Origin: Eledone cirrhosa
Lineage: Eukaryota
Assembly (NCBI GenBank): GCA_964016885.1
Contig: OZ024743.1
Span: 119,102,001-119,166,000, forward strand
Direction of reading: 5' to 3'
DNA: 64,000 nucleotides
Shown here one piece after another: positions 24,963-39,863 of this stretch; positions within the stretch are counted from its first letter, which is position 1; each line of letters starts with the position of its first letter. A model generated the notes under the pieces. It ran no database searches, was not told where the DNA came from, and saw only the letters and a program-made list of their open reading frames with translations. Made by a program: the position numbers and the translations under genes.

Positions 24963-26513
24963 AAAGAATGAAGAATAACATGGTCGGCTGTACAAAAAGA
25001 GTTTATTTACAGCACACACACACACACACATGTCTATATATATATATATACACACACATGTGTGTGTGTGTGTGTATGTGTATAAGCCAAATGTTTTTCG
25101 ACAAGAGAAAGAAAAAAAAAAGCGAAGAATAACGACAATGGATAGCCACAACATTTCCTTCACTGCTAGCAAGATAATTGAGAATTAAGTCAGTGGCGAA
25201 TTTTTTGAAAAAAAATCCGGATCAATCATGATCAATCATACATGTATTACTTCGAATGCAACGTTTATATTATTTCAAAGACAGCTAGGGCATTGAATTG
25301 GTCGTATCGGTAGAGAGTCAGACAACATGCTTCGCGGCAAAGATCCTTTACGCAACCAGCTGTGATTTTCATAGTTTTTAGAAAGTTTTAGAACGATTAT
25401 TTGTTTCACTTCATTAAAAGATGGCAATGTTCTACTAAATGTTCCCATGTCATATTTTCCTTTTCCATTTGGCTGTAGTTTTATATTGCCTTGCTGTATT
25501 TACTTTCTGCCACTTTGTGACGATCTGGTTTTGTTGAACGATCATGTCTGCCCGTATTAGACTACCCGGGAAAACACTTCACTCATCTCTTTCCAAGTAA
25601 GATTGCAAGTGATGTTGATGAAAAGATCAAATCATTCATAAATTCTGGAATACATGAGAAACGTATTAGAAAAATGGATAACTGTTCATTTTTCAAGCTT
25701 CCATCATTGTTGATAAATTTATGAGTCCACAAGTAAATCTTTGTTGTATGTCTTTACGTATAACGACATTTCCTTCTACATCTTTGTTTACACATCAGCA
25801 GCATATTAGAGGAACAAATCTTGACTCTGGCGAAAGTAGATATAACAAATCCTGAAGTAGTATGCGTAAAAATGATGCACTACACTATTTTTAAGCAGAG
25901 TGATTGTAATTGAAAATATGACAAATAATTATATTTTAAATTGTGAACGAAAATGAATCTTAACGAATAAAAAACGTAATATCATTTGAAGCGTATGGGT
26001 CTCTCTGCCAAATTTATCAACTGTCCAAGAATAATTTGAAGAAGCAAATATTTGATGTGAACAGTTGTTTTTTTTTTGTTCTTTTTTTGTCAAAATTAGT
26101 GGAAAGCGAATCCTGTCTTTACCAGATTATGAATTTACGCACAATTATTGATGTTACTAAATTTTAAAAACCTAATCTTGGGTTGGTGATATTTCAGACA
26201 AAGATGATAATCAGTTAACATGAAAATTTATAAATAAAAACTCTAAGCAGAACAGCAAACAATTGAAAGATTAAAAAAAACAAAAAACACTTTTGTAGTT
26301 ATCTCTATTTCAGCAATAGAGCATCGTTTCTGCTATATATATGAAGAATTCAAGTAAGTAAAAAAGGAGGGCACATATACACACATACATGCATATTTTG
26401 AAATTATTACCTAGACTATCCTGAGAATAGTGTGATGTTCCTGCCACCACCCGTTATATATTCTATCCCTATCTCTCTCCTCATCCCCCTCTCTTATATA
26501 TATATATATACAA

Positions 26514-26545
<32 letters not shown>

Positions 26546-27686
26546 GGGGAGACCCACAACTAGCTGTGTCTCTTTTATTTATTTATTTATTTATTTATTT
26601 CCATTCTTTCATTCATTCCGTATTTTTCATTTAATATCAACTTTTGTCCTTAAACAAATTAATCATTATATGAATGAATGAAAAGAGAAGTTATGATAAA
26701 GAGCGACAGAATCAAATCGCATAATCAAGACGTCATTTATGAAGAGTTACTACTGTATTGCCAATTCATCAAGTTAAACCTTTCGTATTTGCATACAATA
26801 TAACCAATATATCTCTCCAAGAAAGACAATGTCTTCAGGGGGTTTTTGACTTTCAGAAACTGGGGGAAGTTGTCAGAGGTGTTAATGGGTGATAGTGAGG
26901 TGGAATTAAGATAGCTTTTTTTTTTTCGGACGTGGGTGTAGTAGAGGTTTTGGTTGCGATGATGATGGTGGTGGTGTTGTTGGAAGCTTGCCGGCTTGTT
27001 GGCCGTGTTGGGATGATGGCGGTTTTGGTAGGGCTGATGTTGGTGATTGTGGCAGCGATGGCGAATTTTCTTTTTTCTTTTTTGCAGAGGTTATGGTATT
27101 TTTGTTCTGGTGGTCGTTGTTATTAAGGTGAGAATGGTTGTGATTTTGGAGAAAGTGGCCGGAATGGTGGTTGTGGTAAGGGAAGTCTTGGGGGATGCTT
27201 GGATTTGGTGATTCTGGTGGTAGATAGTGGCAGTAGTGGTGGATGCTGGTGTTAGTGAAACTGGCAACAATTTTAATGCCAATAGTTGAGAATTTAGATC
27301 TGATAGTGGGTAGTGGCTGTCGATATTGGTGAGTGGATATGGTAGTGATTACTTTGATGGTAAAAGGGGTGCTGGTGTGGGTGATGGTTGAGATGATAGT
27401 GGGAGATTAGATTGGGTGTAGGCGGTGTTTGCTGTGTTACTAGCAGTGAATATAGCCCTATTTGTGGACATCCTGGTGACGAGACGTGAAAGATAACATT
27501 TACAAAGTTATTTCCTTCGATATTCCAGCACTTTGCACTACCACCATCAAAGCTAAATCCACACTCTCTCGTAGCACTAATACAGCGAGAACACGGCATT
27601 TTGTTTAACAGTGGCTGCCTTCAAATCTTGCTTAACCAATACCATTCTGTTAGCAAACCCCGATAACAACCACTCTTTCATTATTA

Positions 27687-27871
27687 TGGCAGTATCAGTA
27701 GAGCGTTGGACACCATGCTTTGTAGCATAGAGTTATGGCCCTTTACGTTCTGAGTTCAAATCCCGCCGAGGTTAACTTTGCCTATCATCCTTACGGGGTA
27801 GATAAAACAAAGTACTAGTAATGCACTGGAGTAATTGCTGGCCTTGTGACAAAAAGTAGAAACAATTATTA
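27687..27871 (+). mobile_element. SINE family S
   Basis: Consensus match. Confidence 0.88.
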
Positions 27872-28934
27872 TTTCGGCCATCAGCATCTCCATTGCTACA
27901 ATACCCAATCTCAAATACCCCCCACCGTCAGTAAACACTATCTGCAACAAACAAAGCTACAATAACAAATACCTTTACAACTCTATTAACTCTATACCTT
28001 CAATATTCTCACAACTACACAACACTTATTGTCATTTGATAATATTATGTGTCCGACTCAGTGTTGGATTCTCAACGTGATCACTTGATCTTTCGTAAAT
28101 AGCAGTCAAACACCCCCAAAACTATTACTAATATGCCATACATCACACCATACACTAATTAAAAGGGAACCATTGCCTATAGCTGCAACAACAACAATAC
28201 GCGCACTGATACCTCCACCCAGGACATTGCCATCACTGCGATAATCCCCAATACCACTTAACACTGCCATACCATGCAGACCCAAACCAAACCATTTTAT
28301 AAGGATTCTATTTAAATTAAAACCTTCAAATATAATTTGATATAAGAAGCTTTTCTTTAATTACGTAATATTGAGAGGGAAGGTCAAACTCTATTGATAT
28401 ATAAGTAACATGAGCCAATTGAGGATCGAAAGTGGTTTGTAGACTCAGCTTGCTATGTATTTGTATCTACACATTCTAACGAGAATTTGACATGCAATCG
28501 AATTATATGGACATGCAAATTTGTTTCTTTGTACTTTACGAGGATGTTTTCGAATTTGTTGACTAGCATCTTCTCTACTGCCTTATAACTTGGTATGCCC
28601 TTCTAGAATCTCTTGCCTCAATATTACTGGAAATTTAGAATGTTTCCAACCATTTTCAGCTTATGAATTATGGTTGTGAAAGTGAAAATGATAGTATTCG
28701 ATATTAAACTTTCTTGAGAAGAAACCTTGCGTGGCTTATTAGATATCGCTATGGGATATTGCATTAACAATACATATATCGTGATGTATTGATAGAATGT
28801 CAGTCATACTATTATATCGTGTGAGGAGATTATATTCATAAACACTCAGACTGAAGCAAAGCTCAGACGATGAAGTAAAAGAAAAATTCTGCATCATTTT
28901 TGTCGTTTTGGGTATTATTATTATTATTATCATT

Positions 28935-29223
28935 CGATAAAATAAAGTACCAGTAATGCACTGGGTTATTGCTGGCCTTGTGCCTAAAGTAGAAACAATT
29001 ATTATTATTATCATTTTTGATGATTGGCAGTATCGGTAGAGAGTCGGACACCATGCTTTGAAGCATAGAGTTACGTCTCTTTATGATCTAAGTTCAAATC
29101 CCGCCGAGGTTAACTTTGCCTTTCATCCTTACGGGGTCGATAAAATAAAGTACCAGTAATGTACTGGGTAATTGCTGGCGTTGTGCCTAAAATAGAAACA
29201 ATTATTATTATTTTTGGTGGTGG

Positions 29224-29289
<66 letters not shown>

Positions 29290-29845
29290 AGTGTGGTGGA
29301 TTGGCAGTATCGGTAGAGGGTTGGACGCCATGCTTTGACGCATAGAGTTACATCCCTTGCCATTCTGAGTTCAAATCCCGCCGAGGTTAACTTTGCCTTT
29401 CATCCTTACGGGGTCGATAAAATAAAGTACCAGTAATGCACTGGGTAATTGCTGGCCTTGTGCCAAACGTAGAAACAATTATTTCTATCGTTACTTATGA
29501 CTCCGTACGTTCTAGTTCAAATCCCACCGAGGTTAACTTTGTCTTTCATCCTTACGGGGTCGATAAAATAAAGTACCAGTCACGCACTGGGGTCGATTTA
29601 ATCGATTTTCCTCTTCTCCCAAATTACTGGCCTTGTGCCTATAAAAGAAACCATTATTTCTATTGTTACTTATGGCCCTTTTCTTTCTGAGATCAAATCC
29701 CGCCGTCGTTAGCTTTTCCTTTCACCCTTATAGGGGCGATAAAATAAAGCACTAGGAAGTGCTGGGGTCAATTTAATCGACTTTCCCCACCACCAAAACC
29801 GATGACTTTGTACCTCTAGTAGAAATCATTATTTCTATTGTTACA
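28935..29845 (+). mobile_element. Head-to-tail cluster of five SINE S units/fragments
   Basis: Cores at about 28935, 29117, 29395, 29541 and 29716, separated by (TTA)n or ATTTCTATYGTTAC junctions. Confidence 0.88.
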
Positions 29846-31192
29846 CAAAGTTATATATTGAACATTTGTTACCGCTTTATAGATAAATTAACCAGGTTCT
29901 TGGAGAGCTGGTTAGTTTTTCCTCATCTTAGGGGCTAAATTAGAAATTGTGTAGCAAACACGCCTCTCAATTATTATTTAAAAAAAGAAAGATGGTTGGA
30001 GAAGAATGTTCGTTCTCTGAAACGAAGAGCCAGTTTGATATGCTGTTTCATGCTGCTGCAGTACGTAAACAGTGGTGTCTTCTATCCTTTAGTTCTACCA
30101 GTCTCAAACACTCTGCAAAGGACATTGGTTATGCCATAATATAAATGCTCTAAAGGAAAACCCAATCATCAAATTTTTCTGAGTTGTCATACCAATAAAA
30201 AAATATTAGTCTTCATTCATGTTAGAAGACGATTGAAAACTAGCCCACATTAACTTTCCTATTATGTTTTATCTCCAGGTCAACCCTAACCGAGCAGTCT
30301 AAGAAGTTTGTTCACAACATCATGGTTATGGGTTGGAATCTCACTGAACGACGCCATGTTGAAATGTATTCTACCATATTTTTCGGGTCGATCAAACCTT
30401 GTAAGAGAGGCTTGTGACCAATGAGTGCGGTAGTTTCGTTAGCTCACGACAAGCTGAGAACAGGACGTAGTTTCAATTCCATTTTATTTCAGTTACGAAA
30501 CTAATAACTCTAAGGAAAAAAAGTGAATAATCTCTTCTCTTAAAACATCAGCGCCTTTGAGGATCGTCTGAAGGAAAGAAGAAAGAAATCGATATTAATC
30601 ATATAATATTGTTCTGAATATTTCTATATCCGATGAAATCATTATACCAGAAACAACTGAAGGTGCCATCAGCATCTCGTAGAAAGAAACGTGAGGGAAA
30701 TCGCTACGATGCTTTTTTTCTACATTTTCATTTTATGAACCTTCACTTCTCTGACTTATGAACCAATACTAACTAAAAGACCTAACCATGATGTGAACAA
30801 AAAGTAGAAAAAAAAAGGCAAAAAGAAAGAAAAAGAAGAAAGAAAAAAGAATAAGAGAAATACCAGTTGATGTGAAATGGTATAATACGATTATGATAAA
30901 ATCAGAACATCAGAGCTATCAGAAATATATTGCTATAACTTGTTCGTAAAAATACAGTTATATTCCATTAGTATTTATGACTTCCAATTTCTTTTATGGA
31001 AATCCTTATAAAACTAATCGTTCTTTTTCTATTTTTTCTTCTTCTACATTTTTGTTTGTCTCTTGCTAAATGTGTAGGTTGCGAAGGTCAGTTTTATAAA
31101 AGCAATCTAAAATGCGCAGGCTTTTTGTGATTTTTGTCTTAAGGTCACGTATACGGCTTGGTCAGAAAGTCTTTACGTTTGACTACAAGAGT

Positions 31193-31246
<54 letters not shown>

Positions 31247-31927
31247 CGTGCGCGCGCGTGTGTGTGTGCGCATGTGTGTGTCTAGCTACACACACACAGA
31301 CACATACAAACATTTACTCATATAAACACATATATACATAGATATTCAAAGAGTGGGATAAGCAGTTCATATATTATTAATGCAAATAACGCAAATAACT
31401 ATTCTCAGCCTTTTTGGTGTCATGTATTGGTTTGGCTATCTCCCACTATCCCCCTCTCTCTAACTTTACTTCTCTCTATTTAATCTCTTTCTCTATCTTG
31501 TTGGTTTATATGTTGTGGTCAACCAAACGTACATTTAAATATTTCGTGGCCTCTAGAATGAAAGACAAAGAGGGACTGAACGAGAGAAAGAGGAGTAGAA
31601 TGGGAAGAGAGACAGAGAGATATAGAGGAAGGAAAGAGGGAGAGAAAGAGGAATGTGGAACTATAGTGGGTGAGTTGCAAGAGGGGAAGATCAGGAAAAG
31701 GAAGTTACGATGATGCTCTAGTGTAAAAATTAGACGAGAAAGAATACTAAAAGTGATAAAAGGAGGAAAAAACAAAGAAACGAAGATGAAAGATATAGAG
31801 AAAATGAGAGAATAGAAAGAAAGAACAAGGACTCACATCAAATATATATATATATACATATACATACATACATATCTACACACACACACATATATATGTA
31901 TACATATATATTTATATATACATATAT

Positions 31928-32034
<107 letters not shown>

Positions 32035-32552
32035 TATATACATACACATATATATATATAGTGAGAGAGAGAGGGGGGTAGACAAGGGATATATATAGCC
32101 GTATTAATAATAGTGATAGTTTGAAGTTGATGTACGAAGAGAGGGAAAGAAGAGTATGAATGATGGAAGATGGAAGTAAACGTAACGAGGGAGAGAGGGA
32201 CGGGGAGAATAAGAGAAATAAGAGATAGAGAGAAAGGTGGAGAAGAAGAAGATGGCTTCTAGAAGGTTTCTCAGATCTTGGCGCTTTGGAATTCAGTTCA
32301 CACATCTAGGTGGCTTAGGAGAAGCACGGCCGAACCACGTTTGAGCCAAGTGCCATGCCGTTATGCACCGCTGACAACAGCGTGAGCTTTTATCACCCGC
32401 TAACTGGCCACCATTAATGAAGATCCTATTATGATGTGAATGAAGTGTTGTGTCTTATTGGTCAGAGAAAAGATAACAGGAAAAGAAGGGGAGGGGGGGG
32501 GGAGAATACGTAGTGTGGTGTGTATATATATATAAATATATACATATATATA

Positions 32553-32632
<80 letters not shown>

Positions 32633-32702
32633 GTATATATATATATATATATATATAAACATACATACATTTATATATATATATATATATAAACATACAT
32701 AC

Positions 32703-32833
<131 letters not shown>

Positions 32834-32949
32834 ATGAGAGAAAGAGAGAGAAATTGAGAAATGGTAAACAATGGAAGAAGAAAATTATTATGAAACAGTG
32901 AAACGGAAGAAACTACAGGAAGCGGTGTGAGGGTTTGAAACAAAACAAA

Positions 32950-33081
32950 AAAGAAGAAGAAGAAGAAGAAGAAGAAGAAGAAGAAGAAGAAGAAGAAGAA
33001 GAAGAAGAAGAAGAAGAAGAAGAAGAAGAAGAAGAAGAAGAAGAAGAAGAAGAAGAAGAAGAAGAAGAAGAAGAAGAAGAA
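32950..33081 (+). repeat. (GAA)n microsatellite
   Basis: Directly visible. Confidence 0.95.
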
Positions 33082-33953
33082 AGACAAATAATGGGAGAAG
33101 TAAGAGCTGATAGCCATTTGGTCGTTCATGCACGACCGACTCTCTAATGCGGGACAGTAAGCATGACCATTGGCTGTGGAATGTCATCGGAATGAGCAAT
33201 GATATCAATGTTGGTGGTGTCGATGCTGGAGATGTGTTGGTGTTGGTGTTGGTGTTGGTGATGGTGATGATATTAGTGATGTTGGTGGTGATGTTAGTGG
33301 GGCGGGTGGCGATGATGATTGCAGTCGATTATATTTGCTTGTCTCTTTCTCCTCCTATTCCTCCACCTACTCCTTCCAATACTCCCACATCAGAAGCATT
33401 AAAACAATACTGACGTTATATATCCGGTTAGCGGACTGGTAATTATAAAACCTTTCTGTGATATTGGACCTAAACTTTTCGTCCATTTGCTCTTTCCTAC
33501 TTTCGTTCATTTAGTAAAAGAATGCAATAGATTCTTCAAAAACCGTTTCACTACCAAGACCAACCACAAACACACTTTTTCATACACGTCCAAATCTTTC
33601 TTCTCACTCTCGTTTCAGTCACAACCACTATGATAATTTTCTTTTACTTTTCTTTTGTTTCTGCTTTGATTTATTTTGTTTTATTGTTTTTTTTTTTTTC
33701 TTTTCTCATTTTTGTTTCTCTTTTTGTTTTTTCTCTTTCATTTTGTATTATTTCGTTTCTCTTTTTCTGTTTTGTTTTATTTTCTCCACTTTTCGATCCA
33801 TTATCAAGTTTCGCAAAATGTACTTTTCGGTGACTTTGACCAACCATAACAGGACATTTTAGCTGCTGATAAGTTTAGTATTTCTAAAACTAAACAGCAC
33901 GCACCTGACACTCACGGATATCGAAACCTGAAAGGTTTCTGCCCCCTACCCCC

Positions 33954-34069
<116 letters not shown>

Positions 34070-34094
34070 TATATATATATATATATATATATAT

Positions 34095-34153
<59 letters not shown>

Positions 34154-34574
34154 TAAATAGATAGATCGCTATCTATGTTTCTAGCTATATATCACTTTTT
34201 TCAACCGCTTTCTTAACCAAGCCATTTTTTCATAAGTAAATGTAATTTTCATTTCCAATCTGGAAATATTCGTTATTTGCGTACAGCGAAATCACTGGCT
34301 GAATGAAATTTTATTATTGAGTTTGCCTCCACTAATTCACGATTTCAAATCTACTCTCGATATTTCTTTGGGTAAACGTGCCAAATCTTCATGGATAATT
34401 TTTGTAAAAACAATAGATCTAATCAGTCAGAGAAAGTACGGGCTTTGGAGGAACCAATATATTAGGGAAGAAAATGCCTAGTGGTGTTTACGTGTAACCT
34501 TGTACATCTTGAGTTCAAACCTCGCCAAGGTTATTTTACATTTTTTCCGACTTGTCTACCGCACTTAATACTAA

Positions 34575-34746
34575 TAATTGCTTCTACTTTTGGCACAAGG
34601 CCAGCAATTATCCCAGTGTATTACTGGTGCTTTGTTTTATCGATTCCGTAAGGACCTTGGCGGGATTTGAACTCAGAACGCAAAGGGCCATAACTCTATG
34701 CAGCAAGGCATGGAGTCTGACGCTCTACCGATATTGCCAATCCACT
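34575..34746 (-). mobile_element. SINE family S with short TSD
   Basis: ACTAATAAT at 34570 and 34744 flanks the consensus match. Confidence 0.82.
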
Positions 34747-36322
34747 AATAATGCTCATTAGAAATGCAAAACCACCAAACTACCAAGTTTTTTTTACTCC
34801 TCTAAAAATGAGGTTTGAAAAAAAAAAAAATAATAATATGTTGGCGGAAAGAATTATCTTTGTTCCACAGCTTGATGCTTTGAAATTTGTTTTATCTCGC
34901 AGTGTTATGTGTTTGAATAAAACTTGCTGTATTTAGTTAGGTCTAACATCGTTCTGAGTTCAATTCTTGTTGAATAAATTTTGAGAAATCCGTACCAGGA
35001 TTATCTGTCAAGTTTTGAGGTTTGATTTAAACAACTATTCCAATAACTGAAAGGTGTGAGCATGTGACAACATCGCTTTTGTTAATTTGTGTTTGACACT
35101 TTTGTTGTGTTTGTCAGATGGAACCATATGATACCCATGAACTGAGTTTAAACAGCAATAACAGCAAAAAGAGATCGTTAAATGATTAGTTAAAAAATAA
35201 TCAGCAGAGCTGTAGTTGATTTCCCTGGTTTGCATTGCATCGTCTTTTGTGGCGTCTTCGTGTGTTACATGGTCTGTTCATTATGCAACTCAGTGAATTG
35301 ATGATGCGCACGCAGCATATTCTCATTCAAGCTGAGCACGTAGCCTATCTGAGTTTGAATATCGAACAAGGTGGTGAAAAGTCACGTCCTACTCGAGGTA
35401 CCTCTGATATGGTTATCTTAGGATAGTCTTACAGAACAGATCGAATATGGAGGAGTAAGTCTCGATAAAAATGATGATTGTTTCATCGTATGCAGTAGGT
35501 AATGCGACGATCATCAGTTTAATTAGATGACCGACGCCGTGATCAACAGTCGCTTCGCAGATAATCGATTAATTTGAAAATAGATTGGCACAACTGTTCC
35601 AGTCAGCGAAGAAATCTATGATTATGGAGGTGAGGCGAGCCACATATATTCTAGCCATTAGGGAAAGCAAAATGAATGTTTCATGGAGAAAGCAAAATGA
35701 AGTTTCACCTTCGATAGAGGGATGACTCAAGAAGAAGAAGAAGAAGAAGAAGAAGAAGAAGAAGAAGAAGAAGAATGTCCCATCTATTTAATACTTCCAA
35801 TTTAAAGAAGGAAGTAGAAAAACAACAGTGTTGTCAAACGTGTTTATATAAATCTGCTTGATAAAGGGTAACCTGGACCAAAGCACAAGATCAGGAATGG
35901 TAAGTCAATGAAGAGTCGGACGTTCAATTTTATCGCTCTGTATCTTTCGTCGATATACATTGGGGGAAAAAGACACAGAAGAACACGCATACACACATAC
36001 GTGTAAAAATCTACATGCACACATATGCACGCACTAAAGCACATAGTGGGATCACAAGGAATTGTTCAATACGAGGCTGTGATCGAAAAGATTTGCCCAA
36101 GATATCACGCTGTGGAATAGACCGAGAAGCATGGGGCTACGAAGCTAAATCCTTAAAACCACCATGACTACACCGAAGAACATTACTATAGAACATAAAG
36201 TATTTCCAAGCGGAAATCGATACCAAGTCACTGATTCGTTTCAAAGAAGCTGATTTCCTACTCTACGAAACTTACTACCTACCATCAATCAACACTACTC
36301 CCACTCTCTCTCACTCATTCAA

Positions 36323-36431
<109 letters not shown>

Positions 36432-36539
36432 CACACATACACACACGCACGCACACAAACATATGAACAGGCATATTTATGAATAAATGTGCATATGTAT
36501 ATACATATTTGTATAGATACAGTGACAGACATATGTATG

Positions 36540-36577
<38 letters not shown>

Positions 36578-36578
36578 T

Positions 36579-36639
<61 letters not shown>

Positions 36640-36691
36640 TACAGATTTATACGGGTATATATATACATACACATACAGATGTATATGTATG

Positions 36692-36782
<91 letters not shown>

Positions 36783-36824
36783 TCATTCATTATGTACACA
36801 GATTTATATGTATATATATATATA

Positions 36825-36970
36825 TAACGAAGGAAATGTGGTAAGGAACCAGGTGGACCATAACGCACCAAAGTACTCAATACTTGAGGTAGTAGAGTGG
36901 GTAATAGGAACCAGTAAGACCCTAGCCGTCGAAACGGCTTGAGCTCAGCTGTCGGGGTCTTACTGGTTCC

Positions 36971-36972
<2 letters not shown>
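36825..36972 (-). mobile_element. Family A element (tail on minus, inverted hammerhead half) in (TA)n
   Basis: Arms TAGGAACCAGTAAGACCC/GGGTCTTACTGGTTCCTA. Confidence 0.8.
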
Positions 36973-37001
<29 letters not shown>

Positions 37002-37614
37002 GTACACTCATTCATTATGTACACAGATTTATATATGTATGTATATATATATATATATATATATTTTTATGTTCACTCATTCAATATATTTTATATATAT
37101 ATATATGTGTGTGTGTATGTCTGTGTGTGTTTGTGTTTCAGTCGATCGGTGACTGATTAGCTATATCGATGAATTGACTTGTGAGAAATTACTGGCGCCC
37201 CGCACTAGCAGGTCTTTTGTTTAATAACAAGTGTGAATAGTATCATGCCAAACCAAAAGAGGGAGCTGTTATCGGATGAAAACCTGGCGGCAACCCCGCC
37301 TTTTAACTACTGGTTTGTCTGATCCCGATCAAAACACTTTTATTATTTACACTCGGGAACAAAACTATACAAACAGACAGCTGTATGTATATATGTGTGT
37401 ATGTATATATGCATGTGTGTGTTTGTGTATGCATTTATGCATCCATGTATGTATGAATGTATGTATGTATGTATGTGTGTTTGTGTGTGTGTGCACTTAT
37501 ATATGTATGTGTGCATGTATGTATTTATGTATGCATGTATGTATAAATGTATGTATGTATGTATGTATGCATATCTGTATATATTTATGTATATATGTAT
37601 GCATGTGGGTATGA

Positions 37615-37666
<52 letters not shown>

Positions 37667-37875
37667 GCTTATGGGCATCTATCTCCTTACACATTCATAA
37701 ACATTCTAACATATAAATATATATTTGCAAAACATACTGATAATTTCATACGTATATACAATACTCTCATACATTACATTGCGTATATCACCCAAAATAT
37801 ATGGAGATTTGTATATATGTATACGCACAGAAGATAAATACACAATCACTTACTCTTACACACACACACACACAT

Positions 37876-37912
<37 letters not shown>

Positions 37913-37925
37913 CGCATATAAATAA

Positions 37926-37961
<36 letters not shown>

Positions 37962-38052
37962 GTATATATATATATGTGTGTGTATGTATATATGCGTGAC
38001 CATATGCGTATATGGTTGTGGGCATGTTTGTGTGTGTATACATATACATATA

Positions 38053-38150
<98 letters not shown>

Positions 38151-38216
38151 TATATATATATATGTATATACATATACACACACATATAGATCTAGATATA
38201 TGTGTGTGTGTGTATG

Positions 38217-38254
<38 letters not shown>

Positions 38255-38284
38255 TGTATGTATATATGTATATATGTATGTATG

Positions 38285-38316
<32 letters not shown>

Positions 38317-38605
38317 AACATGCCCACAACCATATACACATACATAAATAGACATGCACTGAATAAACTGCAGAGCAATTATAGTTGCCATGATTATTTC
38401 GTGCTTATTTCAAGTTTGCGTCACTACACATACACACCGACACATATACACGCACGCACCCCCACACTCACACAGTCACATACATTCACATTCATACGTT
38501 TACACTATTTTCTACATTGGGGTGAATGTATATGAAAACATACATGTAATTTTGGGTAACTGCAATGAATATATATATGATTTTGTAGTTAACTATGTAC
38601 AACTG

Positions 38606-38699
<94 letters not shown>

Positions 38700-38701
<2 letters not shown>

Positions 38702-38830
38702 AACAAGTAGGACCCCGACGGCTGAGCTCAAGCCGTCGGGGTCCTACTCGTTCCTATTACCCACTCTACTACCCTAAGTATTGAGTACTTTGGTGCGTTA
38801 TGGTCCATCTGGTTCCGTACCACATTTCCT
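38700..38830 (+). mobile_element. Family A element folded back at the stem III loop
   Basis: GACCCCGACGGCT-GAGCTCA-AGCCGTCGGGGTC, plus tail. Confidence 0.8.
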
Positions 38831-38846
38831 ATAAATATATATATCT

Positions 38847-39312
38847 CTAGGGCGGGTAAAATTCCCGAGATCCATGGACGAGTTCTCTCCAGCGGTCTCT
38901 GTCCCTCATTATCGCTGCCATGTCCTGCGTCTCCAACAGACCAGTGTCTGTCCTTAGGGCATCAACATACGTTAACCTTGGTCTTCCACTTCCAGTGTGT
39001 CCATGTAGGGGCTCCCACAGCAGCACTGAGTGCAATGTCAACTCTGGATGTCGGTGAGCATGTCCAGCTAACCTCAGTCTCCTCTGTGTCATTTTTGAGC
39101 TGACTTTTGAGATCGGTGTGGAAGTCAGACCTTCGTAAAGACCTGAAAATCCGCCTCTTCATTGCTGTAGTGGAGTCTGTGGTGTTGTACGGGTCTGAGA
39201 CTTGGACACTGACCAAGAAAGTCACTCAGATGGTGGATAGGTGCTACACGAGAATACTGAGGATGGCTCTGAACATTAATCAGTATACACTGAGGATGAA
39301 AACTCAGAGCAG
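38847..39312. mobile_element. RTE LINE 3' fragment with 5' inversion
   Basis: Minus 39104-38847: VSSKMTQRRLRLAGH...GRPR...DRDRW; plus 39107-39312: KIRLFIAVVESVVLYGSETWTLT...RILRMALNI. Confidence 0.85.
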
Positions 39313-39333
39313 TATAAATATATATATATATAT

Positions 39334-39578
39334 ATAATTGAATATACAAGAGACATAAACACAAATATAAACATACATGTGTTCGAATTGTAAGGGACCA
39401 AGTTCACTAGGGTGTGAACTGGTCCCTAGTGAACTTGGTCCCTTACAATTCGAACACATGTATGTTTATATTTGTGTTTATCTCTCTTGTATATTCAATT
39501 ATATTACACGGCTCAGGAACACTTCTTTCTTTGAGCTATTTAATTGTATGAGACTATTTTGAGTTCCTAACTCCATAA

Positions 39579-39581
<3 letters not shown>
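39334..39581 (+). mobile_element. Family G fold-back element in (TA)n
   Basis: About 79-bp arms 39334-39412/39424-39502 (one mismatch) plus unique tail; no intact CTGANGA. Confidence 0.7.
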
Positions 39582-39610
<29 letters not shown>

Positions 39611-39613
<3 letters not shown>

Positions 39614-39803
39614 TTAATATAGATGAGGTTCTACAGGACTAGAACTGTTTCATTCATTAGAAATCATCAGGATTCCTGATGATTTCTAATGAATGAAACA
39701 GTTCTAGTCCTGTAGAATCTCATCTATATTAAAACTGTTATACTCTGCTATGTATTGAGTACCTTACTTACTGTGGTTACCTCCGATTCAACCCGGAATA
39801 ACG
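39611..39803 (+). mobile_element. Family B fold-back element in (TA)n
   Basis: Arms 39611-39672/39674-39735, tail to 39803. Confidence 0.85.
39671..39719 (+). ncRNA. Type I hammerhead ribozyme motif
   Basis: GATTC CTGATGA T TTC taat GAA T GAAA CAG ttctagtc CTG TA GAATC; predicted GUA cleavage after 39714. Confidence 0.75.
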
Positions 39804-39822
39804 TATATATATATATATAAAT

Positions 39823-39863
<41 letters not shown>

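Noticed and set aside
28935-29845. CRISPR-like regular repeats
   Set aside because: The units are 175-190 bp SINEs in eukaryotic DNA, with no spacers and no cas genes
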